A stretch of 62,525 nucleotides of DNA from an uncultured Thiogranum sp. (GTDB taxonomy: Bacteria; Pseudomonadota; Gammaproteobacteria; DSM-19610): assembly GCA_965544455.1 (NCBI GenBank), contig CBEUNK010000001.1:1-62525 (forward strand), written 5' to 3'. The notes under the pieces are model-generated. The model was not told the origin of the DNA. It did not search any database and saw only the letters and a program-made list of their open reading frames with translations. Of the stretch, positions 9,710 through 19,051 are shown piece after piece (position 1 is the first letter of the stretch; each line of letters opens with the position of its first letter). Both the position numbers and the translations under genes were made by a program.

Positions 9710-12529
9710 CTAGAGCGCAGCGATTTTCACCAGCTGTTCTTCAAGTTGTGCCATCGCCGCGCGCAGGTCGGCGGCCCGGGCCTTTTCCTTTTCCACCACC
9801 GCGGCCGGTGCTTTTTCGACAAAGCCGGCATTGCCCAGTTTATTTTCCGTGCGTTCCAGTTCACCACGTTTCCTGTCCAGTTCTTTCGACAGGCGTGCCT
9901 GCTCGGCGGCTTTGTCGATCAGGCCGGCCATGGGGATGAGCAGTTTCATGTCGCCAACCAGCGCGGTGGCCGATTCCGGGGCTTCCTGCCCGTCGAGCCA
10001 TTCGACCGATTCGACACGGCCCAGGGAGGCAATGTAATGGCGGTTGCTGTCGAGCCGCTGCCGGTCCTGTTCGCTGCCGTTCTGCAGTAACACGGGCAGG
10101 GCCTTGCGGGGGTCTATATTGTAACCACTGCGGATTTTACGCACGCCGAGGATGAACTGCTTGACCCAGTCGATTTCCGCCATGGCATCCTGGTCGACAG
10201 TTGCGGCATCGCCTTCAGGATAGGGCCGGTGCATGATGGTGGGGGCATCGTCGCCGATACCGGCCAGCGGTGCGACCCGCTGCCAGATTTCCTCGGTAAT
10301 GAAGGGAATAATGGGGTGTGCCAGCCGCAGCACGCGCTCCAGCACGCGCACCAGCGTCTGGCGGGTACCGCGCCGGGCAGCTTCGGAGGCGCCGTCGCTG
10401 GTCAGGACCGGTTTCGACAGCTCCAGGTACCAGTCGCAGTATTCGTCCCAGATGAACGCATAGATGGCCTGGGCGGCCAGGTCGAGGCGGTAGCCGCCGA
10501 AGTGGTCGATCACCTGGCATTCCACCTGTTGCAGCAACGACAGGATCCAGCGGTCCGCACCGGACAGCTCAATGTCACCACCCTGCTGCCCGCAATCCTG
10601 TCCCTCGGTATTCATCAGTACGTAGCGCGCGGCGTTCCATAACTTGTTACAGAAGTTGCGGTAGCCCTCGATGCGGTTCAGATCGAAGTTGATGTCGCGT
10701 CCGGTGGACGCCATGGCGGCAAAGGTAAAGCGCAGCGCATCGGTACCGAAAGAGGGTATGCCGCCGGGAAAGTCCTTGCGTGTCTGTCTGGCGATTTTTT
10801 CCGCCAGGTGCGGCTGCATCATGCTGCCGGTGCGTTTCTCGACCAGGGCCTCGAGGTCGATACCATCGATCAGGTCAATGGGATCGAGCACGTTGCCCTT
10901 GGACTTGGACATCTTGTTGCCGTGTGCGTCACGCACCAGGCCGTGAATGTAGACTTCCCTGAAGGGAACGTCGTCCATGAACTTCAGCCCCATCATGATC
11001 ATGCGGGCGACCCAGAAGAAAATGATGTCAAAGCCGGTGACCAGTACGCTGGTGGGGTAAAAGGTCTTCAGGCGGTCGGTCTGTTGCGGCCAGCCGAGGG
11101 TGGAAAAAGGCCACAGGGCGGAACTGAACCAGGTGTCGAGCACGTCCTCGTCCTGGTGCAGGTCGAGCGCCGTGTCGAGTTCGTGTTGGGCGCGGACCTC
11201 GGCCTCGGAACGGCCGACGTAGACATTACCCTGAGCGTCATACCAGGCGGGGATGCGGTGCCCCCACCAGATCTGCCGTGAAATACACCAGTCCTGGATG
11301 TTGCGCATCCATTCGTAATAGGTGTTCTTCCAGTTATCCGGTACAAAGCGGATAGCGCCGTTTTCAACCGCCTTGATCGCCGGGTCGGCCAGCGGCTGGA
11401 TTTTCACGTACCACTGGTCGGTGAGAAAGGGTTCGACCACCGAGCCGGAACGATCGCCGCGCGGCACCATCAGTTTGTGGTCGTCGATCTTTTCCAGCAG
11501 GTCGAGGGTCTGCAGGTCCCTGACGATCTGCTTGCGCGCCACGAAGCGGTCCATACCGATGTAGGGGCCCGGAATGAGGTTGTCCTCATCGGAGGCATTG
11601 TCACGAATCGCGGCATCGATGGTAAAGACGTTGATCAGGCCGCCGTGCGGCTGTTCGCTGATGGCCTTTTCGTCGCGGTGGCGCTGCCACACGGCATAGT
11701 CGTTGAAGTCATGTGCCGGCGTGATTTTCACGCAGCCGGTACCGAAATCCGGGTCGACATAGTCGTCGGCAATGATCGGGATGCGGCGGCCGGTCAGCGG
11801 CAGCTCGACAAATTCGCCCAGCAGGTGTTTATAGCGCTCGTCACCGGGATGTACCGCCACGGCGCAGTCACCTAGCAGCGTTTCGGGACGGGTGGTGGCT
11901 ACCACCAGTTCGCCGGTGCCGTTGGTAAGGGGATAACGCATGTGCCACAGGTGGCCGTTTTCTTCCTGCGACAGCACCTCCAGGTCGGAAATCGCCGTGT
12001 GCAGTACCGGGTCCCAGTTGACCAGGCGCTTGCCGCGGTAGATCAGCCCTTCCTCGTAGAGGCGGACGAATACCTCTTTAACGGCATCGGACAGACCGTC
12101 GTCCATGGTGAAGCGTTCACTGGCCCAGTCAACGGAGGTGCCCATGCGTCGCAACTGGCGGGTGATGTGGCCGCCCGAGGTGTGTTTCCATTCCCAGACC
12201 CGCTCGATAAAAGCCTCGCGGCCCAGGTCGTGACGGGTCTTGCCCTCGGCTTCCAGCTGGCGCTCCACGACCATCTGGGTGGCGATACCGGCGTGATCGG
12301 TGCCCGGTTGCCACAGGGTGTTGCAGCCACGCATGCGGTGAAAGCGGGTCAGCGCATCCATCAGCGTATCCTGGAAGGCGTGTCCCATGTGCAGGCTGCC
12401 GGTGACGTTGGGCGGCGGGATCATGATGCAGTAGGGCTCGCCCTCGCCGTCGGGAGCAAAGTAGCCCCGCTCCTCCCAGGTCTGGTACCAGTGTTGCTCG
12501 ATGCTGTGGGGATTGTAGGTTTTTTCCAT
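9710..12529 (-). CDS. valS: valine--tRNA ligase
   Basis: [13 protein letters not shown] (HIGH), KMSKS, C-terminal coiled coil; 939 aa. Confidence 0.99.
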   Translation of the reverse strand: MEKTYNPHSIEQHWYQTWEERGYFAPDGEGEPYCIMIPPPNVTGSLHMGHAFQDTLMDALTRFHRMRGCNTLWQPGTDHAGIATQMVVERQLEAEGKTRHDLGREAFIERVWEWKHTSGGHITRQLRRMGTSVDWASERFTMDDGLSDAVKEVFVRLYEEGLIYRGKRLVNWDPVLHTAISDLEVLSQEENGHLWHMRYPLTNGTGELVVATTRPETLLGDCAVAVHPGDERYKHLLGEFVELPLTGRRIPIIADDYVDPDFGTGCVKITPAHDFNDYAVWQRHRDEKAISEQPHGGLINVFTIDAAIRDNASDEDNLIPGPYIGMDRFVARKQIVRDLQTLDLLEKIDDHKLMVPRGDRSGSVVEPFLTDQWYVKIQPLADPAIKAVENGAIRFVPDNWKNTYYEWMRNIQDWCISRQIWWGHRIPAWYDAQGNVYVGRSEAEVRAQHELDTALDLHQDEDVLDTWFSSALWPFSTLGWPQQTDRLKTFYPTSVLVTGFDIIFFWVARMIMMGLKFMDDVPFREVYIHGLVRDAHGNKMSKSKGNVLDPIDLIDGIDLEALVEKRTGSMMQPHLAEKIARQTRKDFPGGIPSFGTDALRFTFAAMASTGRDINFDLNRIEGYRNFCNKLWNAARYVLMNTEGQDCGQQGGDIELSGADRWILSLLQQVECQVIDHFGGYRLDLAAQAIYAFIWDEYCDWYLELSKPVLTSDGASEAARRGTRQTLVRVLERVLRLAHPIIPFITEEIWQRVAPLAGIGDDAPTIMHRPYPEGDAATVDQDAMAEIDWVKQFILGVRKIRSGYNIDPRKALPVLLQNGSEQDRQRLDSNRHYIASLGRVESVEWLDGQEAPESATALVGDMKLLIPMAGLIDKAAEQARLSKELDRKRGELERTENKLGNAGFVEKAPAAVVEKEKARAADLRAAMAQLEEQLVKIAAL

Positions 12530-12623
12530 GAAAATCAGGGACGTTACTTGGGTTAAAATTTGGGAGCGGCGATTATACCGCAGAAATGTGGTGCTGCCCG
12601 CGGATCGCCCCGGTTCAGAGGAT

Positions 12624-12992
12624 CTAGCGGGATTCCTGCGAACGGGCCTGCTCGATCACGTTCGCCAGCAGCCCCGGCAGTGCCAGTTGCAACTGGGTGC
12701 GGATATCCTCGACCAGCTTCGGCGCGACTTCTTCGGTGGCCTGTGTGATCAGCAGGTTGATCTGCTCTTTGAGCAGTTCCTCAAATTTCCAGGCCACCAG
12801 CTTCTGCAGGTCTTCCGACATGTCGTCCAGCAGGTCCTGTACCGATGTCGCACGCAGCAGCTCGGCGACTACCTCGGGATCAGCGAAGTCCGGCAGAGGC
12901 GGCGAGGCCGTGGCCGCCGGCTGCTCCGGTGTGACCGGATTCTCCAGCACCGGGATGCCGTCGTCGTCCAGTTTGACTGTGTCTGATGTCAT
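12624..12992 (-). CDS. acidic hypothetical protein between holC and valS
   Basis: ATGA overlap with the holC stop; IPVLENPV motif, Pro/Ala linker, helical C-terminus. Confidence 0.7.
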   Translation of the reverse strand: MTSDTVKLDDDGIPVLENPVTPEQPAATASPPLPDFADPEVVAELLRATSVQDLLDDMSEDLQKLVAWKFEELLKEQINLLITQATEEVAPKLVEDIRTQLQLALPGLLANVIEQARSQESR

Positions 12993-13423
12993 CCGTTTTT
13001 GATCTCGTGGGTGCGCAGGGGATAGCCGCGTTCCTTGTAAAAGCTGTAGCGGCCGCGGCCCTGTTGCCGCAACGTGGCATCGTCATTCACCAGTTCGGCC
13101 ACGCGCTCGAAACGTGAAAAGAACAACGGCACCTCGGGCGCAAGATTGATCAGCACAGCGTGGCTGGCATCGGGTTCCGCGTCGTACCCGAGCTGGACCG
13201 GCGGTGGTGTCGGGTTGCCTTCCTGCCATACGGCGTGCGGGATAAAGCTGTTCTGCTGAAATGTCCACAGCAGGTCGTCGAGTAATCGCGTCTGCTGCGA
13301 CGATTCGGTATGCACGTACACCCGGTGCCCGAGCCGGTAGGCCTTGTCTACCAGCCGGCAGGCGAACTGCGCCCGCTGTTGCAGGTTGTCGCCAGGAAGA
13401 ATATAGAAATCGACCTGTGTCAT
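12989..13423 (-). CDS. holC: DNA polymerase III subunit chi
   Basis: VDFYIL, LDDLLWTF...SFIPH, GRGRYSFYKERGY; pepA-holC-valS synteny. Confidence 0.96.
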   Translation of the reverse strand: MTQVDFYILPGDNLQQRAQFACRLVDKAYRLGHRVYVHTESSQQTRLLDDLLWTFQQNSFIPHAVWQEGNPTPPPVQLGYDAEPDASHAVLINLAPEVPLFFSRFERVAELVNDDATLRQQGRGRYSFYKERGYPLRTHEIKNG

Positions 13424-13435
13424 GCGCGATACGAA

Positions 13436-14938
13436 TCAATCTGCTGTCTGGCACCGGTCCATCAGGTACTGCATCAGTAGTGGCACGGGACGACCGGTTG
13501 CACCTTTCTGTTTACCGGATTTCCAGGCGACGCCGGCGATGTCCAGGTGCGCCCAGCGGTAGTCCCCGGTGAAGCGGCCCAGGAACGACGCGGCGGTGAT
13601 GGTGCCGGCGCCGCGACCCCCGATGTTGGCCATGTCGGCAAAATTGCTCGATAGCTGCTCGTTGTACTCTTCCCACAGGGGCAGTTGCCAGGCGCGGTCG
13701 AAAGCGGTCTGTCCCGCGTCGAGCAGGGCGTCAGCCAGGTCTTGGTCGTTACTCAGCAGGCCGGTGGTGTGGTGGCCCAGGGCGACGATACAGGCACCGG
13801 TGAGGGTGGCGATGTCGATGACCACGTCCGGGTTGAACTTGTCGACGTAGGTGAGGGCATCGCACAGGATCAGGCGGCCCTCGGCGTCGGTATTGAGTAC
13901 CTCGATGGTCTGCCCGCTCATGGAGGTGACGATATCGCCCGGCTTGCTGGCGTCGCCGTCCGGCAGGTTCTCGGTTGCCGGGATAACGCCGACCAGGTTG
14001 ATCGGCAGGCCCAGCTCGGCGACCGCCGACACGGTGCCCAGCACACTGGCCGCACCGCACATGTCGAATTTCATTTCATCCATGGCCGCGCCCGGCTTGA
14101 TGGAGATGCCGCCGGAATCGAAGGTCACACCCTTGCCCACCAGTACCACCGGTTTTTCCGCCTTGTCCGCACCGTTGTACTGCAAGACGATCAGCCGGGG
14201 TGGCTGGCGGCTACCGCGCGCCACCGACAGCAGGGCGCCCATGCCGAGTTTCTCCATGGCCTTTTCGTCGAGCACCTCGACCTTGAGATCGCTGTGGGCT
14301 TTTTTCAGCTCGCGGGCCTGTGTGGCCAGGTCGCTCGGCGTACACAGGTTGCCCGGCCGGTTGCCAAGGGTACGCGCCAGCTCGACGCCGTTGGTAATGG
14401 CAATGCCGTTGGTCACACCGGTTTTGGTCTCATCAACATGATCGCGGGAACTGACGGCCACCGTCAGGCGGCGCAGCGGGCGTTTGGGCGCCTTGACGTC
14501 GGTCTTCAGTTCGTCGAAACGGTAGACGGCGTTGCGGCTGGCGGTAACGATCTGCGCGGCTTTCCAGGCCAGGTCACGGTCTTTCACATCGATTTCGGCG
14601 AGGTAGGACAGCGCGTCGGTAGCGCCGCTGCGCTGCAGGGCGCTGGCGGCCGCCGAAACCAGCTTGATGTAGGATTTCGCCGACAGCTGCTTGTCCTTGC
14701 CGCAACCCACCACCAGGATGCGGCTGGCCTGAATACGCCCTTTCGGACTGTGTATCAGCGTGGTTTTCCCGCAGTCGGTATCGATGTCACCGCTTTTCAG
14801 CAAGCCGGCCAACTGCCCGCGGCTGGCCTTGTCCAGGCGCTCGGCGGCTGCGGACAGACGGCGCGGCGCGGAAATCCCCACGACTACACAACCGCCGCGC
14901 AGTTTGTCCGAGTCGCCGCTCTTGACGGTGAAATTCAT
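13436..14938 (-). CDS. pepA: leucyl aminopeptidase (M17)
   Basis: GKGVTFDSGG, MKFDMCG, NTDAEGRL. Confidence 0.98.
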   Translation of the reverse strand: MNFTVKSGDSDKLRGGCVVVGISAPRRLSAAAERLDKASRGQLAGLLKSGDIDTDCGKTTLIHSPKGRIQASRILVVGCGKDKQLSAKSYIKLVSAAASALQRSGATDALSYLAEIDVKDRDLAWKAAQIVTASRNAVYRFDELKTDVKAPKRPLRRLTVAVSSRDHVDETKTGVTNGIAITNGVELARTLGNRPGNLCTPSDLATQARELKKAHSDLKVEVLDEKAMEKLGMGALLSVARGSRQPPRLIVLQYNGADKAEKPVVLVGKGVTFDSGGISIKPGAAMDEMKFDMCGAASVLGTVSAVAELGLPINLVGVIPATENLPDGDASKPGDIVTSMSGQTIEVLNTDAEGRLILCDALTYVDKFNPDVVIDIATLTGACIVALGHHTTGLLSNDQDLADALLDAGQTAFDRAWQLPLWEEYNEQLSSNFADMANIGGRGAGTITAASFLGRFTGDYRWAHLDIAGVAWKSGKQKGATGRPVPLLMQYLMDRCQTAD

Positions 14939-15029
14939 GGTGTACTCCTCGCTTGCTGGTATGCTTGACCGATGTAAATGCGGCTAGTGTACTGGATGCA
15001 CTGGCGCCGCCCAAACTTTATTGCCACGC

Positions 15030-16109
15030 ATGTCATCGCTCATACGCCGCTACCTCAGTTGGGAATTATTGCAGTACTGGCTGGTGTTCACGCTGGTGCT
15101 GTGGCTGGTGCTGCTGTCGGCACGGTTTTCCCTGTACCTGGGGCAGGCCGCCGACGGCCGGTTGCCGGCGGGCGCTGTGCTCACCCTGCTGGGTCTGAAG
15201 TCGGTTGGCTTTTTTGTCTTCCTGATGCCGCTCTCCCTGTTCCTCGCCCTGCTGTGGCTGCTTGGCCGCCTCAACCGTGATCACGAAACGCTGGCCATGG
15301 GCGCCAGCGGCATCGGCGTGGCACAGCTCTATGCGGCGGTCGCCCCGGTTCTGCTGCTGGTGACCTTGCTGGTCGGTATCCTCAGTTTTTACCTGGTTCC
15401 GCACACGGCCAGACAGGGTTACCAGGTGCGCGCCGATGCCCAGCAAAGCCTTGCAACCGACAGTCTCGGTGCCGGCCGGTTCCATTCGCTGCGCAACGGC
15501 CGCTGGTTGCTGTATGCCCAACGGGCCGGCGTGGCCAAGGGTGAGTTGAACGATGTCTTTATCCATGTACAGCAAACAGCCCGGCCGCAGGTGCTGGTAG
15601 CCAGCAGTGCCCGGGTACGCGCGTCAGACAAAGGCGGTGACCGTTTCCTGGTGCTGCAGGATGGCTACCGCTATGACGGCGTGCCGGGGCAGGCCGATTA
15701 CCGTGTGCTGCGTTACGCCGAGTACGCCCTGCGCCTGCCGGCCACGCACGCCAAACCGGCACACAAGTGGGACGCGGTGGCAACCGCTGACTTGTGGTCA
15801 GACCCGCGTCCCGCCGCCATGGCGGAATGGCAGGCGCGCCTGTCGCGCCCGCTGAGCGTTATCGTACTGGGGCTGATCGCGGTGCCACTGGCGCGCTTCC
15901 GGCCGGCGACCGGCCGCTTTTATCCCCTGTGGCTGGGGGTACCGGTGTTCGCCCTGTATTTCAACCTGCTGGCGACGGCACAACTCTGGCTCGGCCGCGG
16001 GGTTCTACCGGGGTGGCTGGGCCTGTGGTGGGTACACGCCGGCTTCCTGTTCGGCCTGTTGCTTTGGCTGCGGCCTCGACCGGGTCGGGCACCCCGGGTG
16101 CGCGCATGA
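15030..16109 (+). CDS. lptF: LPS export permease LptF
   Basis: YjgP/Q topology (3 TM, beta-jellyroll, 3 TM); L..G.RYDG.PG..DY; AEWQARLS. Divergent from pepA as in E. coli. Confidence 0.92.
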   Translation: MSSLIRRYLSWELLQYWLVFTLVLWLVLLSARFSLYLGQAADGRLPAGAVLTLLGLKSVGFFVFLMPLSLFLALLWLLGRLNRDHETLAMGASGIGVAQLYAAVAPVLLLVTLLVGILSFYLVPHTARQGYQVRADAQQSLATDSLGAGRFHSLRNGRWLLYAQRAGVAKGELNDVFIHVQQTARPQVLVASSARVRASDKGGDRFLVLQDGYRYDGVPGQADYRVLRYAEYALRLPATHAKPAHKWDAVATADLWSDPRPAAMAEWQARLSRPLSVIVLGLIAVPLARFRPATGRFYPLWLGVPVFALYFNLLATAQLWLGRGVLPGWLGLWWVHAGFLFGLLLWLRPRPGRAPRVRA

Positions 16110-17203
16110 AGCGGCTCGATGCCTACCTCGGCAAGTCAGTGATAAGTGCCACGCTGCTGGTGTGGCTGCTGGTCAGCGTGCTGGATGCCGTGTTCGTGCT
16201 GCTGGGCCAGCTGGCGGATATCGGCCGCGGCGATTACAGCCTCGCCGACGCTGCCCTGTACGTTTTACTGGGATTGCCGGCCCGGGCCTGGCAGGCGTTC
16301 CCGCTGGCCGTGCTGATCGGCACCGTCCTGGGGTTGGGCAATCTGGCCGCCCAGCTGGAATTGAATGCCTTCCGTCTTGCCGGTTGTTCGGTTGTCCGCC
16401 TGACCCGGGCGGTCATGGGCGCCGGTGCATTGATGCTGGCCGGCGCCCTGCTGCTGGGTGAAGGCTGGGCACCGCATGGCCAGAGCCTGGCGCAGCAGTT
16501 GCGCAGCCGGGCGATCTACGCCGACGTGAGCGTGCAACGCGATGCCGGTTTCTGGGTGCACGATGGGCGGCGTTTCATCCAGGTGGGCCGCAGCGAAGCC
16601 GATGGCAGTCTCAGCGGCGTGACGGTTTATCAGCTGGGTGCGGCAGCCAGGCTGCAACGTGCAACCGCCATTGGCAGTGCGCGGCCTCGGGGAGACGGCT
16701 GGTTACTCGGGAACGTCGCCAGCAGTGAGTTCGGCGAGCGGCATGTCGCGGTGAAACAGCAGGCTGAAGTGGCCTGGCCACAGTTGATGGACGCGCGCCT
16801 GGCGCAGCTGCTGACCCGCGATGCCGCCACGCTGTCGCTGCCCGAGCTGCGCGAGTATATCGACTACCTGCGGCGCAACGGCAGCGATGTTGCGGCGTAT
16901 CGGGCGAACTACTGGCAGCGCCTGGCGGCACCGGTGGTGGCGCTGGCGATGTTGTTGCTGGCCGTGGTCCTGGTGCTGGGTCCGCTGGGACACCGTACCC
17001 TTGGGCAACGCCTGCTGGTAGCGGTGCTGGCCGGCCTGGGTTTCAAGTTGCTTGGCGGTATCGCGGCCCACGCGGGCCTGGTCTATGGCATGCCGCCGCC
17101 ACTGGGCGCTTTTCTGCCGGCGCTGGTGGTCCTGTTGCTGATCGGCCTGGGCATGCTGAAACACCGGTCCCTTCGAATGCCGCCGCAGCGCATCGTACCG
17201 TGA
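16106..17203 (+). CDS. lptG: LPS export permease LptG
   Basis: Real start is the ATG at 16106 (MKRLDAYLG) overlapping the lptF TGA. LGLGNLA...EL and LS..EL..YI.YL..NG motifs. Confidence 0.92.
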   Translation: MKRLDAYLGKSVISATLLVWLLVSVLDAVFVLLGQLADIGRGDYSLADAALYVLLGLPARAWQAFPLAVLIGTVLGLGNLAAQLELNAFRLAGCSVVRLTRAVMGAGALMLAGALLLGEGWAPHGQSLAQQLRSRAIYADVSVQRDAGFWVHDGRRFIQVGRSEADGSLSGVTVYQLGAAARLQRATAIGSARPRGDGWLLGNVASSEFGERHVAVKQQAEVAWPQLMDARLAQLLTRDAATLSLPELREYIDYLRRNGSDVAAYRANYWQRLAAPVVALAMLLLAVVLVLGPLGHRTLGQRLLVAVLAGLGFKLLGGIAAHAGLVYGMPPPLGAFLPALVVLLLIGLGMLKHRSLRMPPQRIVP

Positions 17204-17220
17204 AGTGTTAAGTGTGCGGG

Positions 17221-17679
17221 CTAGCCCCTGGTTGTGCGCGGGTGGGGGTTTTCCTGCAGCTGTACGACAGTGGTTTCTGAATAACGGTCATGCCAGCTCA
17301 GGTGTTTACGGTCAACCAGGATCCACAGGTAACCCAGGCCAAGCAGCAGGCCGGACGGCAGAGCTACCATGAAACGCAACAGTACCTGCCACCAGCTGAT
17401 CGGACCCGGGCGCAGGTTGCGCAGTTGCAGGCGCCATGCGCGCATCCCCAGCGTCTGGCCGCCGTGCCGCCAGAACCAGCCGTAAAAGAAAAAGCTGATA
17501 AACAGCAGATAGGTGGTCAGCAGCGGGTTGTTGGGACCGAAGGCCTCGCCGCCGTGAAACGGCAACAGGATGGCGGTGGCGATAAACCACAGCGCCAGTA
17601 ACAGCAGCGAATCGTAAAACAGGGCGGCCAGGCGTTTGAACAAACCGGCGGCTGGCGGGGCGTTACTGGCGTCTGACAT
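17221..17679 (-). CDS. RDD-family membrane protein
   Basis: KRLAALFYD, GQTLGMRAW, SWHDRYSET; usual position convergent with lptG. Start chosen at MSDAS. Confidence 0.88.
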   Translation of the reverse strand: MSDASNAPPAAGLFKRLAALFYDSLLLLALWFIATAILLPFHGGEAFGPNNPLLTTYLLFISFFFYGWFWRHGGQTLGMRAWRLQLRNLRPGPISWWQVLLRFMVALPSGLLLGLGYLWILVDRKHLSWHDRYSETTVVQLQENPHPRTTRG

Positions 17680-17806
17680 GGCGATGAATGGTGAGGTATC
17701 GACGCCACTGTACCGCCTGTACCGAGGCCCGCGCAACGGTGACAACCCCGGTGCGCTGTGATAAGAACAACATTGTAAAACAAGCATAATACCAAGGAGC
17801 AGTTGG

Positions 17807-18166
17807 ATGAGTGTTTATGCCGACCTGGCATCGCTGGACGGGGTAATTGCGGCGGGCGAATATTCCTACCGGGGTGACCGTTACCACTACAAGGGCCGGA
17901 TCAGCGAGGAAATGGCCCGCATGGCGTCCATCATGTGCCGCGCCACCACCATGAGTACCCACATGCAGTCCGATATCCTGTGCACCAATATCGACAGCAA
18001 AGACTGCCCGTTCAACGAGTCGCATGGCTGGATCGTACGCGGGCCGCAGTTCTCGGTGTGCGTGATGGCCAACGTATTCTGCTTTGTGGCCAACCAGCCC
18101 GGCGTGCTCAACCGCGTTTTTGCACAGATGCGCGCGCGACTGATGGACGCGGAAGAAATGGTCTAG
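17807..18166 (+). CDS. DUF2173-like protein (paralogue 1, Cys-rich)
   Basis: L..LDGVIAAGEY...G and GWIVRG..FSVCV..N shared with the two downstream ORFs; SD AGGAG. Family name is from recall and needs an HMM check. Confidence 0.72.
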   Translation: MSVYADLASLDGVIAAGEYSYRGDRYHYKGRISEEMARMASIMCRATTMSTHMQSDILCTNIDSKDCPFNESHGWIVRGPQFSVCVMANVFCFVANQPGVLNRVFAQMRARLMDAEEMV

Positions 18167-18218
18167 CCGGCATGACCGCAGACAGCCATTCAGAAATCAG
18201 TTAAAGAAGAGAGAGAAC

Positions 18219-18557
18219 ATGAGTAGTCTGGATAACCTGATGAGCCTGGCCGGCGCCGATGCCGCCTTCGAATTTTCCGCTACTGGTGAACTCACCGATC
18301 ACCGCCTGGCGGAAAGCTCCAGGCTCAAGCCCGGGTCACTGGACCTGCTGGCGCATACCTTCGTGGCCAACATTGCCATTGCCACCATGCAGGCCCGTGG
18401 CTGGGAGAGCAGTACCGGGCAGGGCGGATTTTATCCCATCCAGGGGTTCACCCTGATCGGCCTGGAATACTCGACCGTGGGCAACGGTCAGCGCGGTGTC
18501 GTGCTGCACAACGATACCGCGGACTTCGAAGCGGCCTTTGCGGCGCTCGACAGTTGA
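18219..18557 (+). CDS. DUF2173-like protein (paralogue 2)
   Basis: LDNLMSLAGADAAFEFSATGEL...MQARGW...G..GFYPIQGF...ADF. Confidence 0.72.
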   Translation: MSSLDNLMSLAGADAAFEFSATGELTDHRLAESSRLKPGSLDLLAHTFVANIAIATMQARGWESSTGQGGFYPIQGFTLIGLEYSTVGNGQRGVVLHNDTADFEAAFAALDS

Positions 18558-18566
18558 GGCCGGCCG

Positions 18567-18899
18567 ATGATTAAGCGACTGCTGGCCCTGGACGGGGTGC
18601 TGGTGATCTGCCACTTCCGGGATGACGGCGAACTGGTGGAAGGCTATGGCCTGATGGACGAGGCGATGATGCGTCGCCTGTCCAAGTTCGCCCATGATTA
18701 CAAGCGGATGGTGCAGGGTAATACCGACCAGTTTTCCATGTTTACGCAGTTGCCCGGCTGGGCGCCGCCGGGCGGCTGGATTGTGCGCGGCAAGCAACAG
18801 ACGGTGTGCAGCGTCGGCAACCTGGTGTGTTTTATCGATAACACGGAAGCCTCTCTGAACGAGGTGATGCGTGAATTGGCCGAGGCGTCGCGGTACTGA
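18567..18899 (+). CDS. DUF2173-like protein (paralogue 3)
   Basis: LLALDGVLVICHFRDDGEL...GWAPPGGWIVRG..TVCSVGN...SLNEV. Confidence 0.72.
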   Translation: MIKRLLALDGVLVICHFRDDGELVEGYGLMDEAMMRRLSKFAHDYKRMVQGNTDQFSMFTQLPGWAPPGGWIVRGKQQTVCSVGNLVCFIDNTEASLNEVMRELAEASRY

Positions 18900-18905
18900 G
18901 GAAAA

Positions 18906-18980
18906 TGGCGCTCCCTAGGGGAATCGAACCCCTGTTACCGGCGTGAGAGGCCGGCGTCCTAACCGCTAGACGAAGAGAGC
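18906..18980 (-). tRNA. tRNA-Glu (anticodon CTC)
   Basis: Reverse complement folds as a cloverleaf: acceptor GCTCTCT/AGGGAGC, anticodon arm CCGGC-CT-CTC-AC-GCCGG, T-loop GTTCGA, encoded CCA. Confidence 0.96.
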
Positions 18981-19012
18981 GCGGGACGCTGTATGCAGGA
19001 CAGCGGGGTGGT

Positions 19013-19040
19013 ATTATACGCCTCAGTGAATCAGGGACAA
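19013..19040 (-). promoter_or_regulatory. sigma70 promoter of tRNA-Glu
   Basis: Minus strand TTGTCC-N16-TATAAT followed by a GC-rich discriminator, typical of stable-RNA promoters. Confidence 0.6.
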
Positions 19041-19051
19041 GCGAAAATAAC

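Noticed and set aside
14965-14978. TTGAC-CGAT-GTAAA, an FNR-like box between pepA and lptF
   Set aside because: It has a mismatch in a conserved position and is equally explained as a sigma70 -35 (TTGACC) for housekeeping genes.
15794-16105. Long N-terminal extensions of lptG (also folK, nosL, mlaF and DUF1624) in the ORF track
   Set aside because: Upstream in-frame starts mostly lie inside the preceding gene; downstream starts match family N-termini.
17800-18980. Genomic island integrated at tRNA-Glu (also checked tRNA-Ser and tRNA-Arg)
   Set aside because: No integrase, no duplicated tRNA 3' end and no obvious compositional shift were seen.
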